From: Promethearchaeota archaeon
GTDB taxonomy: Archaea > Asgardarchaeota > Lokiarchaeia > Sigyniarchaeales > SOKP01
Length of the DNA: 14,615 nucleotides
Direction of reading: 5' to 3'
Assembly (NCBI GenBank): GCA_018238625.1
Contig: JABCSY010000100.1
Location: 1-14,615 of the forward strand
In this document: positions 7,347-14,615 of the stretch, in pieces
How positions within the stretch are numbered: position 1 is the first letter of the stretch
Layout of the letters: each line of letters begins with the position of its first letter
The notes under the pieces: model-generated
What the model saw: the letters and a program-made list of their open reading frames with translations, nothing else
Databases searched by the model: none
What the model was told of the DNA's origin: nothing
Position numbers and translations under genes: made by a program

Positions 7347-7895
7347 ATGGGAAAGATTAAAGCAATTATACTAGATCGAGATGGAACGTTAATAGAGGAT
7401 AAAGATTACGCTTACAAAATAGAAGATTTTGAGCTTTTGCCTGGAGTCATTGAAGGCTTAAAAATTTTACAAAAGAATTTCCTTCTTTTTATCGTCACAA
7501 ATCAATCTGGTATTGGAAGAGGATATTATACCGATCGAGAATTCCATAAATTCAATGATCACTTGATTGAGATATTAAAAGAGAATAAGATAAGGATAGA
7601 AAGAACTTTTTACTGTCCACACATAAAAGAAGACAATTGCGAGTGTAAGAAACCAAAGATAAAATATATTAGAGAAATTGTTGATGGATGGAACATTGAT
7701 ATCGAACAATCGTGGATGATTGGTGATCATCCTTCAGACATACAATTTGGGATAAATGGAGGTTGTAGAACAGTTTTTCTTACTACTGGACATGGTGATA
7801 AACATATAGATGAATTAAAATTACTTGGAATAAAACCAACTAAAATTTGTGATACTTTTTTAGAAGCAACACAGGAATTTTTAAAGCAACTTTAA
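7347..7895 (+). CDS. HAD subfamily IIIA phosphatase, GmhB (heptose-1,7-bisphosphate phosphatase)/HisB-N-like
   Basis: LDRDGTL, VTNQSGIGRGY, Zn site YCPH...CECKKP and MIGD...DI. The true substrate cannot be read from the sequence. Confidence 0.88.
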   Translation: MGKIKAIILDRDGTLIEDKDYAYKIEDFELLPGVIEGLKILQKNFLLFIVTNQSGIGRGYYTDREFHKFNDHLIEILKENKIRIERTFYCPHIKEDNCECKKPKIKYIREIVDGWNIDIEQSWMIGDHPSDIQFGINGGCRTVFLTTGHGDKHIDELKLLGIKPTKICDTFLEATQEFLKQL

Positions 7896-7972
7896 TTCTT
7901 AATTCTTTTAAGAGATTATTATAAAAGCACTCAATGATGCTCAATTCAAGTATTTATTTTTATCTTGCAAAT

Positions 7973-9469
7973 CTATGCGCGACGACTCTCTTCGTAATCC
8001 TTTCTTTTACGTTCGTGCATAATGCGGACTTCTTTTTTCATCTCTTCTACAACCTCTCCAGTTAAAGGATAAAATTTTACCCATACTATTAAGCCGATTA
8101 GACATGCAATTCCCGGTATGAGAGTCATACTAAGGTTAACGCCTAAAGAAGCTGAAGATATACCTTGAGTTGCTGCTAAACCACCTACCGCATCCACATA
8201 TATCAAACCAAAAGCAGTCATTAATGCCGTTGGAACCGCTAAAGCAACGCTAATCATAGGTTTGCTTAGTAATGGTCCTACGCCCGCATAAAGCCCCTCC
8301 CTCCTTTCTCCTGAGATTTTCCAGTAGTCGTAATCAATCGTGTCAGCTCGCATTGGATTGTGTTGAATAAAATCTCCCGCAAAGCCTAACATGAATATTG
8401 AAAATCCAATTGAAACAAGGACCCAGTTGCCTGAAAGTCCAGCAAAAAAACTAAAGAAAAGACCTATAATTAAAGCCCCAAGGTAATATGTAATCGACGC
8501 TTTTGTTGATATTTTTGCTGCAATTCTCAGAATAATTGGAATTGAAATAATTAAGCAAATTATTGGTCCAATCCAGAAAAGAAGCATATTAAAACCTTCC
8601 ATTGGTGCTAGGACCCAGGTTAAGTAGAAGGGTAGGCTTACCATTACCAAATTCAATAGTAATACTGAAACTCCGTCATATATTACGTATACTCTGAAGG
8701 AAGGGTTTTTGAAGGCAAGTTTTATCGATTTTAATAGAGGAGTTTTTTCTTCGGGGATATATTCACTATGCTCATGAACATATTTTGATAATAATAGATA
8801 TGGAAATACACCAAAAATAGCGATAATTACAACAAGTAATTGAAATTGGGCAATGGTTGCAGTTGTTGGATTTGCTAAGTACATAACGGGAACAATGAAA
8901 CCAATTATAATTGCGGGTAACATAAAAGCAGTGCTCATTAGCTGAATTTTTTCTCTTTCTCGTTGATTTAGCGTCATCTGGGGGAGTAAAGCTACGTGAG
9001 CGCATAAAACAAGCGTAAATAAAGTATCGTACGCAATTTGACTTACAAGATACCATACAAAGAGCCAAATTTGAATCGTAAGATTTGAAGTCTGTCCTCT
9101 CCATGCAATTGGCGGAAAAAATACCAACGCAAAACTTAAACTAAAAAACGGTGCACCAAATTTAATATATGGGATATATCTTTGAACTTCTCCTCTTTTT
9201 TTGTTATAATATCGTGTATTTCCTATTGCATTACCAAAGATCGGATCGTTTACAACATTCCAAACCGCATATATAATTTGTGCAATAAAAATCCATATGT
9301 TTAATAATCCCATCCATGCGAAATAGAAAGATTGGATCACGCCCATCATTCCTCCGTAGAAGGTACCAGGCATTTGAGCAAAACTATAGGATAATTTTTC
9401 CTTCAAAGGTACTATTTCCGAGCTACTATGTTCTAAATGTTTAGCAATTTCAATGTCGTTACCGGACAT
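7973..9469 (-). CDS. MFS transporter, glycoside-pentoside-hexuronide (MelB/MFS_2)-like
   Basis: About 12 TM segments; WNVVNDPIFG, ALLPQMT...ER and ADTIDYD...GERREGLY motifs; AGGT upstream of the ATG. Confidence 0.88.
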   Translation of the reverse strand: MSGNDIEIAKHLEHSSSEIVPLKEKLSYSFAQMPGTFYGGMMGVIQSFYFAWMGLLNIWIFIAQIIYAVWNVVNDPIFGNAIGNTRYYNKKRGEVQRYIPYIKFGAPFFSLSFALVFFPPIAWRGQTSNLTIQIWLFVWYLVSQIAYDTLFTLVLCAHVALLPQMTLNQREREKIQLMSTAFMLPAIIIGFIVPVMYLANPTTATIAQFQLLVVIIAIFGVFPYLLLSKYVHEHSEYIPEEKTPLLKSIKLAFKNPSFRVYVIYDGVSVLLLNLVMVSLPFYLTWVLAPMEGFNMLLFWIGPIICLIISIPIILRIAAKISTKASITYYLGALIIGLFFSFFAGLSGNWVLVSIGFSIFMLGFAGDFIQHNPMRADTIDYDYWKISGERREGLYAGVGPLLSKPMISVALAVPTALMTAFGLIYVDAVGGLAATQGISSASLGVNLSMTLIPGIACLIGLIVWVKFYPLTGEVVEEMKKEVRIMHERKRKDYEESRRA

Positions 9470-9550
9470 ATTATTAACCTAATTTAACTTAAGAATCCTA
9501 AAAAATGATACTACCGAGAATATTCTGGGATATTTCAATGTTTTTAATTT

Positions 9551-9565
9551 AAAAGAAAAAAAAAA
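9551..9565 (-). terminator. Oligo-T terminator after the acyl-CoA dehydrogenase gene
   Basis: The minus strand reads TTTTTTTTTTCTTTT, 14 nt after the stop. Confidence 0.5.
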
Positions 9566-9579
9566 GAGTAAAATAACCA

Positions 9580-10758
9580 TTATCTATCTTGTTTGAATAC
9601 ATTTGGCATAGCATGTTCATAACGTTTCATTGCAAAACGGGAAATAACAATTCTCTGAATTTCACTCGTACCCTCATAAATTTGGTAGAGTTTTGCGTCT
9701 CTAAATAGTTTTTCAACGGGTCGTGTTCTCAAATATCCGTAACCACCATAAATTTGAATTGCTTCAGTTGTAACATTCATTGCAACATCAGAAGCAAAAG
9801 CTTTTGCAACAGCAGAACTCATATTATTGTCAATTCCTTGGTCAGCCTCCCATGCTGCTCTATGTGTTAATAACCTTGCTGCTTCAATATCTTTAAACAT
9901 GTTTGCTATTTTTTCTTGAATTACTTGATAGTTACCAATTGGTCTTCCAAAAGCTTCCCTTTTATTTGCATAATCTATGGCATACTCCATGGCAGATCGA
10001 GCACAACCAGTCGCAAACGCTCCAATTGCTGGTCGTGTATGAGCAAAAGTCTGCATTGCTAAAACAAATCCCCTGCCTGGTTTTGCTAATACATTTTCTT
10101 TTGGAATTCTTACGTTCTTTAATGCAACAGCTACTGTATTTGAAGCTCTTTGACCAAGTTTTGGTATGTGCTTTCCTAATTTTACACCATCTGTTTTAGT
10201 ATCCACAATAAATGCTGCGATCCCTTTATGCTTTTTTTCTGGATCTACAGTAGCAAATACAGTAACATAATCAGCAAATCCTCCGTTTGTAACCCAAAAT
10301 TTGGCCCCGTTAAGAATGTATTCATCTCCATCTTTTTCGGCTTTACACTTCATCCCCGCAACATCAGAGCCCATTGTTGGTTCTGATGTAGCAAACGCGA
10401 TCAATTTAAACTCATTAATTAGTTCTCCTAAGATCCTTTGTTTCTGTTCTTCATTCCCACCAATCACAATTGGTTCTGAACCAAGGTTATTATCAAAAAT
10501 AGAAGTTGCCATACCAGGACAGGCAGAAGAAATCTCTTCTACGATAATACATGAATCTAATATTCCATAGCCTGGACCACCGTATTTTTCTGGAATTCCT
10601 AAATTTAATAGTCCTTCCTCCCATGCCCTTTTAAGGACAGGTATCGGAAATTCTTCAGATTCATCATATTTTCTAGCCACTGGTAAAACTTCTCTTATTG
10701 CAAATTCTCTGGCTTTTTTTTGTAAAGCTTTTTGTGCTTCTGTTAAATTAAAATCCAT
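9580..10758 (-). CDS. Acyl-CoA dehydrogenase (short/medium-chain type)
   Basis: AFATSEPTMGSD, LNGAKFWVTNG, KLGQRAS, REAFGRPI, IQIYGGYGY and IYEGTSEIQR (catalytic Glu); GAGGT RBS at 10766-10770. Confidence 0.95.
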   Translation of the reverse strand: MDFNLTEAQKALQKKAREFAIREVLPVARKYDESEEFPIPVLKRAWEEGLLNLGIPEKYGGPGYGILDSCIIVEEISSACPGMATSIFDNNLGSEPIVIGGNEEQKQRILGELINEFKLIAFATSEPTMGSDVAGMKCKAEKDGDEYILNGAKFWVTNGGFADYVTVFATVDPEKKHKGIAAFIVDTKTDGVKLGKHIPKLGQRASNTVAVALKNVRIPKENVLAKPGRGFVLAMQTFAHTRPAIGAFATGCARSAMEYAIDYANKREAFGRPIGNYQVIQEKIANMFKDIEAARLLTHRAAWEADQGIDNNMSSAVAKAFASDVAMNVTTEAIQIYGGYGYLRTRPVEKLFRDAKLYQIYEGTSEIQRIVISRFAMKRYEHAMPNVFKQDR

Positions 10759-10887
10759 TTCTTTTACCTCTAATTTTATTTCATATCGTTATTTAAGTTA
10801 TTTTTCTTTTTGTTTTTAATAAATTTAATTTCTTTATCTTATAAATTCATTAGGGGATTTGGACCTAAAAAGAGCAAATTGCTCGAG

Positions 10888-10909
10888 AAAAATAGAAAAG
10901 AAAAAAAAA
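10888..10909 (-). terminator. T-rich terminator after rubredoxin
   Basis: The minus strand reads TTTTTTTTTCTTTTCTATTTTT downstream of the TAG at 10927. Confidence 0.45.
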
Positions 10910-10926
10910 TTATTTATTAAAATGAA

Positions 10927-11079
10927 CTAATCGGATATTTTCGAGAAGAAAGATTTGTCTACTCCGCAGACGGGGCAAACATAATCATCGGGTAAATCTT
11001 CAAACTTTGTTCCTTCTTTTTCTTCGTCGTAAACCCAACCACACGCTGAACACTCATATTTTGCGATCTTAAACACCAT
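10927..11079 (-). CDS. Rubredoxin, short-loop type (50 aa; not in the supplied ORF track)
   Basis: Manual translation: [50 protein letters not shown]. It has CxxCG-x20-CPx[10 protein letters not shown] and K..F rubredoxin signatures. The start codon is uncertain. Confidence 0.95.
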   Translation of the reverse strand: MVFKIAKYECSACGWVYDEEKEGTKFEDLPDDYVCPVCGVDKSFFSKISD

Positions 11080-11118
11080 TATTTTATTTTGATTTTTAAT
11101 AATCTATGGATGTGTTAA

Positions 11119-11156
11119 TTGAATATATATTAAAAATATTAATTTAATATTTTATA
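11119..11156 (-). promoter_or_regulatory. Putative BRE/TATA promoter with overlapping 10-1-10 palindrome and AATATATATTCAA element upstream of rubredoxin
   Basis: Minus strand: TATAAAATATTAAA, then 11 nt, then AATATATATTCAA. AAAATATTAA-T-TTAATATTTT lies at 11133-11153. Confidence 0.45.
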
Positions 11157-11270
11157 AATTAATCTAATTAAATCCGAGCTTTTGAGTATTAAGATTGATG
11201 TTGATTAAGTATAAACAATTTTTATGGAAGAAAGAGAAAAAATTTTAATCAATTATTTTTTCCAAAGATT

Positions 11271-12893
11271 TTAAGTGGGATGTCGTATCACTATCCCCGG
11301 TGATTTTTTATTCTTTTTTCCGTTTTGGACAACGACCACACCATTGACAATAACATGTGGGATTCCTTCAGGAAGTTGGTAGGGTTGTTCATAAGTTCCT
11401 TTATCAATAATTTTGTCGGGATTAAAGATAACTATATCAGCCCAATTCCCTTCTAAAACAAGTCCTCTGTCTTGAAGTCTGAGTCGTTGAGCTGGAAAGG
11501 ACGTCATTTTACGAATGGCTTGTTCTAAAGTCATGATTTTTTCTTCTCTCACATACTTACCAAGAACTCGGGGGTACGTCCCAAAACATCGGGGGTGGTA
11601 TGCTCCCGATCTAAAGGAGGCGGGGAGTCCAAAACCGTCTGTGCCTACCATTTGATAGCGGCTAGTCATAATTCTACGAATATCTTCTTCGCCCATGCTT
11701 TCAATCGTAATCATTACACCTAACTCGTTATCGATTAATAGTTGAAAATAAGTTTCCCAATCATCAGATTTCCCTTTTATCTGAGTGATTTCTGTTAAAT
11801 TTTTACCGACGACATCTTTCCATTTACTAGAATTAACTGTTGCGATATACAAGTTTTTCATGCCTTCGTCGCGAATCCAGTTTTCCCATCCCTCAATCCC
11901 TTTTTCAACATCTTTTTTTATTCTTTCTTGGATCTCAGGGTCTTTTATGCGTTCTAATATGTCATCATTACTTCCTTTACGAGCCCAAGGAGGGAGCGCT
12001 GTTGCAAGGTCAGACATCCCACGGTTATAAGGGTATTGATCGCAAGTAATACTTAGTCCTCGTTCATTTGCTTCTTCAATTAGACGAATAGTATCTTTGC
12101 TCTTACCCCAAAATTTTTCACCAGTGACTTTATGATGTGCTATTTGGCCTCCAGCACAACCTGATTTCTCAACTATCTCAATTACTTCCTTTACGGCTTT
12201 TACAACAGTCTCCCCTTCGCCACGAATGTGAGAAAAATACAATCCGTTATATTCAGCAACGACCTTAGCTAATTCGATGATTTCTTTCGTTGTAGCAAAC
12301 ATTTGAGGGGCATATATTAATCCAGTACTCATACCGAATGCTCCCGCTTCCATTGCTTCTCTTAAATAACCTTTCATATTTCCAAGCTCTTCAGGTGTAG
12401 CGGAACGATCTTCGCCTCCTTGACCGCCCGCCCATCGTATGTTTTCATATCCTACAAGAAAGATTAAATTGGCGGGATTTCTTTTCCGCTCGTTGTAATC
12501 CAGATATTCTTTAAATGTATGATACGGGTATTCAAATTGTTCAAGAACAGGATCCAGGACGCTCATCTTCTTTTTAAATTCGTCTTCCTTTCCTTCTGGA
12601 ATGGGAGCCATTCCGGATCCACACATGCCCACAACAGCAGTAGTAACTCCTTGACATAAAGTGGACTCTTGACTCCTACTAACGGGTAAGATATAATCCG
12701 TGTGAGAGTGGATATCTATAAATCCAGGACAGACGATCATTCCGCTAGCGTCGATTACTTTTTTAGCATCTTCGTTAATTTTTCGTCTTATTTTTGCAAT
12801 TTTTCCATCCTTAATCCCAATTTCTCCATAAAACCAGGGATTTCCAGCCCCATTAATAATTCTTCCATTCTTAATAACTATATCAAAACTCAT
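11271..12893 (-). CDS. N-acyl-D-amino acid deacylase (D-aminoacylase), amidohydrolase superfamily
   Basis: PGFIDIHSHTD, GMCG (bridging Cys), GAFGMSTGLIYAP, SHIRGE, HHK, DQYPY, GTDG, HPRCFGTYPRVLG and ADIVIF. The ATG at 12893 (MSFDIVIKNG) is preferred over the TTG at 12899. Confidence 0.92.
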   Translation of the reverse strand: MSFDIVIKNGRIINGAGNPWFYGEIGIKDGKIAKIRRKINEDAKKVIDASGMIVCPGFIDIHSHTDYILPVSRSQESTLCQGVTTAVVGMCGSGMAPIPEGKEDEFKKKMSVLDPVLEQFEYPYHTFKEYLDYNERKRNPANLIFLVGYENIRWAGGQGGEDRSATPEELGNMKGYLREAMEAGAFGMSTGLIYAPQMFATTKEIIELAKVVAEYNGLYFSHIRGEGETVVKAVKEVIEIVEKSGCAGGQIAHHKVTGEKFWGKSKDTIRLIEEANERGLSITCDQYPYNRGMSDLATALPPWARKGSNDDILERIKDPEIQERIKKDVEKGIEGWENWIRDEGMKNLYIATVNSSKWKDVVGKNLTEITQIKGKSDDWETYFQLLIDNELGVMITIESMGEEDIRRIMTSRYQMVGTDGFGLPASFRSGAYHPRCFGTYPRVLGKYVREEKIMTLEQAIRKMTSFPAQRLRLQDRGLVLEGNWADIVIFNPDKIIDKGTYEQPYQLPEGIPHVIVNGVVVVQNGKKNKKSPGIVIRHPT

Positions 12894-12985
12894 TTTCAAA
12901 ACTCAGAGATTTTATTTATATTTTTATGTATCTTATTTTGATTTTTTTACTTATATATTTTAATAAAAGCAGCTTGTATTCAAAT

Positions 12986-13132
12986 TTATTTTGGAAGCTC
13001 TTTTTTGGTAAACATTTTTTTTGAACAACTACAACGAGGACAACTGTAATCGTCGTCTAATTCTTCGAAGCATACTTTTTGTTCGTCGTCTATATATAAA
13101 AAATTGCATTTTCTACATCGATAAATTGCCAT
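12986..13132 (-). CDS. Divergent six-cysteine rubredoxin-like protein (48 aa; not in the supplied ORF track)
   Basis: Manual translation: MAIYRCRKCNFLYIDDEQKVCFEELDDDYSCPRCSCSKKMFTKKELPK*. It has CxxC-x21-CPxC, FEEL.DDY and K..F. A GGGTGA RBS lies at 13137-13142, and the gene starts 18 nt after the upstream stop. Confidence 0.85.
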   Translation of the reverse strand: MAIYRCRKCNFLYIDDEQKVCFEELDDDYSCPRCSCSKKMFTKKELPK

Positions 13133-13150
13133 TTTCTCACCCTAAGCGGT

Positions 13151-14494
13151 TTATTTCTTTTTAAACCCTTCTTTAGGGTTTTTACAATTTGGGCATCTCC
13201 AATCTTTTTGTAAATTTTTAAAAAGAACATCCATTTTAGATTCGTCGTATTCTGCGCCGCAGTTAGAGCACTCGTAAATATATAATTCAAGCAACTTTCT
13301 GAGCTCTTCCTTATCCACATCTTGTTCCATCTTTTTGTAAACGTAAGAAATTGCTTTATTATCGCCGAACAAAATTGCTCCTTTGAGTTTATTATCTTTC
13401 AGCACAATTTTTTGATAGCAACAATCTTTCTTATCAGATTTTTTTAAGATTTCCCACCCCGCCCCTTCTTCTTTTATCGGGTCAATATTACCAATCGAAG
13501 TTAGTTCCAACCCTACGATTTTAAGAGTGTTTTTAGGCGTAGTTCCTTCGTATTCAACTTTTTTCAATTCGAGAACTGAAGCGGCTACAATTTTGGATTG
13601 CTCCATACAAGCGGGTATTATTCCCCAAACTTGGTCTTTATATTGGACGCAATCTCCAACTGCGTAAATATCTTTTTCGCTTGTTTCTAAAAATTCGTTA
13701 ATAATTATCCCCCGATCCGTTTTAATATTAGCGCGTTTTGCCAAATCTATAACAGGTCGGATCCCCGCTTGAATTAACACTATATCAGAATCGAACTTTC
13801 TCCCATCTTTTAATTTTATGCCATTCACCATTTCATCCCCTAGAATTTCTTCAGTTGCAGCGTTTAATATCACTTTAATTCCTCTACTTTCAATCTCATC
13901 TTTTAGCATCGTACCGCATTCTTCATCTAGTTGTCTCGGTAACAGTCGGGGAAAAAATTCGACAACGGTCGTATCTAAATTACAATCGCTGATCTGACTT
14001 GCTAATTCTAAACCTAAAAGACCCCCTCCAATTACAATAGCTTTCTTTACTGCAAATTTTTCAATGTAATCTCTGATCTTTAATGCATCGTCTATAGTCC
14101 GTAAAGTGAAAACTCCTTTATTACCATCCTTCATTTCTCTTGCATTTTTAATAGGTGGAATATTTGGCGTGCTTCCTAAAGCAAGGATCAGCTTATCATA
14201 CAGTACTGGTTCGCCATCCTTCTCAAAAAGGACAGTTTTATTCTTTAGATCGATGTTTACTGCTTTCTTATGCAAATATAAGTTCAAATCTTTGTTTTCG
14301 TACCATTCTTCGTCGAAAACAATTAAATCTTCGGCTTTAATTTTCCCAGGAATTAATTCTGGAAGATGTACCCTCGAATAATAAGGATAAGTTTCTTGAG
14401 TAAAAATCTCAATTTCTACTTCATTGTTGAGAAATCTAATGTTTTGAGCAGAAAAAGTACCGGCTACATTATTTCCCAATATGACAACTTTCAT
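13151..14494 (-). CDS. NAD(P)H:rubredoxin oxidoreductase-like flavoprotein (NirB-N/NROR family) with a fused C-terminal rubredoxin domain
   Basis: YYSR..L, YDKLILALGS, GVFTLRT, GGGLLGLE, VE...RLLPRQLD, AGIRP, YAVGDC and YQKIV..DNKLKGAILFGD; C-terminal YECSNCG-x20-CPNC..PK..F (nt ~13154-13282). Confidence 0.9.
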   Translation of the reverse strand: MKVVILGNNVAGTFSAQNIRFLNNEVEIEIFTQETYPYYSRVHLPELIPGKIKAEDLIVFDEEWYENKDLNLYLHKKAVNIDLKNKTVLFEKDGEPVLYDKLILALGSTPNIPPIKNAREMKDGNKGVFTLRTIDDALKIRDYIEKFAVKKAIVIGGGLLGLELASQISDCNLDTTVVEFFPRLLPRQLDEECGTMLKDEIESRGIKVILNAATEEILGDEMVNGIKLKDGRKFDSDIVLIQAGIRPVIDLAKRANIKTDRGIIINEFLETSEKDIYAVGDCVQYKDQVWGIIPACMEQSKIVAASVLELKKVEYEGTTPKNTLKIVGLELTSIGNIDPIKEEGAGWEILKKSDKKDCCYQKIVLKDNKLKGAILFGDNKAISYVYKKMEQDVDKEELRKLLELYIYECSNCGAEYDESKMDVLFKNLQKDWRCPNCKNPKEGFKKK

Positions 14495-14518
14495 AAGTTA
14501 ATTAGTTTTGTAATCTTA

Positions 14519-14532
14519 TTTTAAAGTTTTTA
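14519..14532 (-). promoter_or_regulatory. Putative BRE/TATA for the oxidoreductase-rubredoxin operon, possibly giving a leaderless mRNA
   Basis: Minus-strand TAAAAACTTTAAAA ends 24 nt before the ATG at 14494, and no SD-like sequence lies in between. Confidence 0.35.
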
Positions 14533-14615
14533 TTATGAATATTAACAGCAGAATTACCATTAATGAACATGTTCGAATTCAAAATTATATTTCATTTTAC
14601 ATTTTTGCTAATTAT

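Noticed and set aside
9505-9536. AGAATATTCT palindrome and loose similarity to 4504-4523
   Set aside because: The match is short, gapped and AT-rich, so it is compatible with chance.
9580-11079. Rubredoxin and acyl-CoA dehydrogenase as one functional operon
   Set aside because: A long T-tract and a separate TATA-like box lie between them and no ETF genes are present. Adjacency alone is insufficient.
13130-13153. Stop-codon readthrough fusing NROR-Rd to the in-frame downstream rubredoxin
   Set aside because: The genes are in frame, but the junction reads TAA ACC GCT TAG GGT GAG AAA ATG. Two stops would need bypassing, and the downstream gene has its own RBS.
13090-13320. 76-aa minus-strand ORF from the track
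   Set aside because: It is out of frame with, and overlaps, both the NROR rubredoxin domain and the six-Cys rubredoxin, which explain the region better.
8772-14381. ORFs 8772..9104, 9903..10199, 10301..10570, 11785..12030, 11840..12049, 12702..12941, 14106..14381 and 14155..14340
   Set aside because: They are alternative-frame or antisense overlaps of confident CDSs and show no family signatures.
1-14615. Selenocysteine or pyrrolysine recoding in the redox genes
   Set aside because: All expected active-site positions use Cys codons and no gene looks truncated at TGA or TAG. None of the 13 genes ends in TGA, but this is unremarkable for a small AT-rich sample.
1-14615. CRISPR array, tRNA/rRNA, IS element or prophage
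   Set aside because: No regularly spaced repeats, GC-rich structured RNA segments, terminal inverted repeats or transposase/integrase ORFs were seen. All spacers are short and AT-rich.

Overview
AT-rich, gene-dense prokaryotic DNA. It is probably archaeal (inference from oligo-T terminators, BRE/TATA-like promoters, GGTGA/GAGGT ribosome-binding sites and an Archaeoglobus-type IscS); a Lokiarchaeia/Asgard origin is plausible but unproven. The + strand carries a 5'-truncated iscS, iscU, a CoA-disulfide/persulfide reductase multi-domain gene, rubrerythrin, desulfoferrodoxin, an ArsB/NhaD-type permease and a GmhB-like phosphatase. The - strand carries an NAD(P)H:rubredoxin oxidoreductase-rubredoxin fusion, two small rubredoxin genes missed by the ORF track (12986..13132 and 10927..11079), an N-acyl-D-amino acid deacylase, an acyl-CoA dehydrogenase and a GPH-type MFS transporter. 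The best candidate for a new system is at 1..4462. The IscS lacks its PLP Schiff-base lysine (HK replaced by ND) but keeps its loop Cys. The IscU is fused to a degenerate thioredoxin-reductase NADPH-type domain. Next to them is a CoADR-rhodanese-TusA-rhodanese protein. Together these suggest cysteine-independent, persulfide/polysulfide-fed Fe-S assembly, located beside a complete rubredoxin-based ROS-reduction chain. No RNA genes, CRISPR arrays or mobile elements were recognised.
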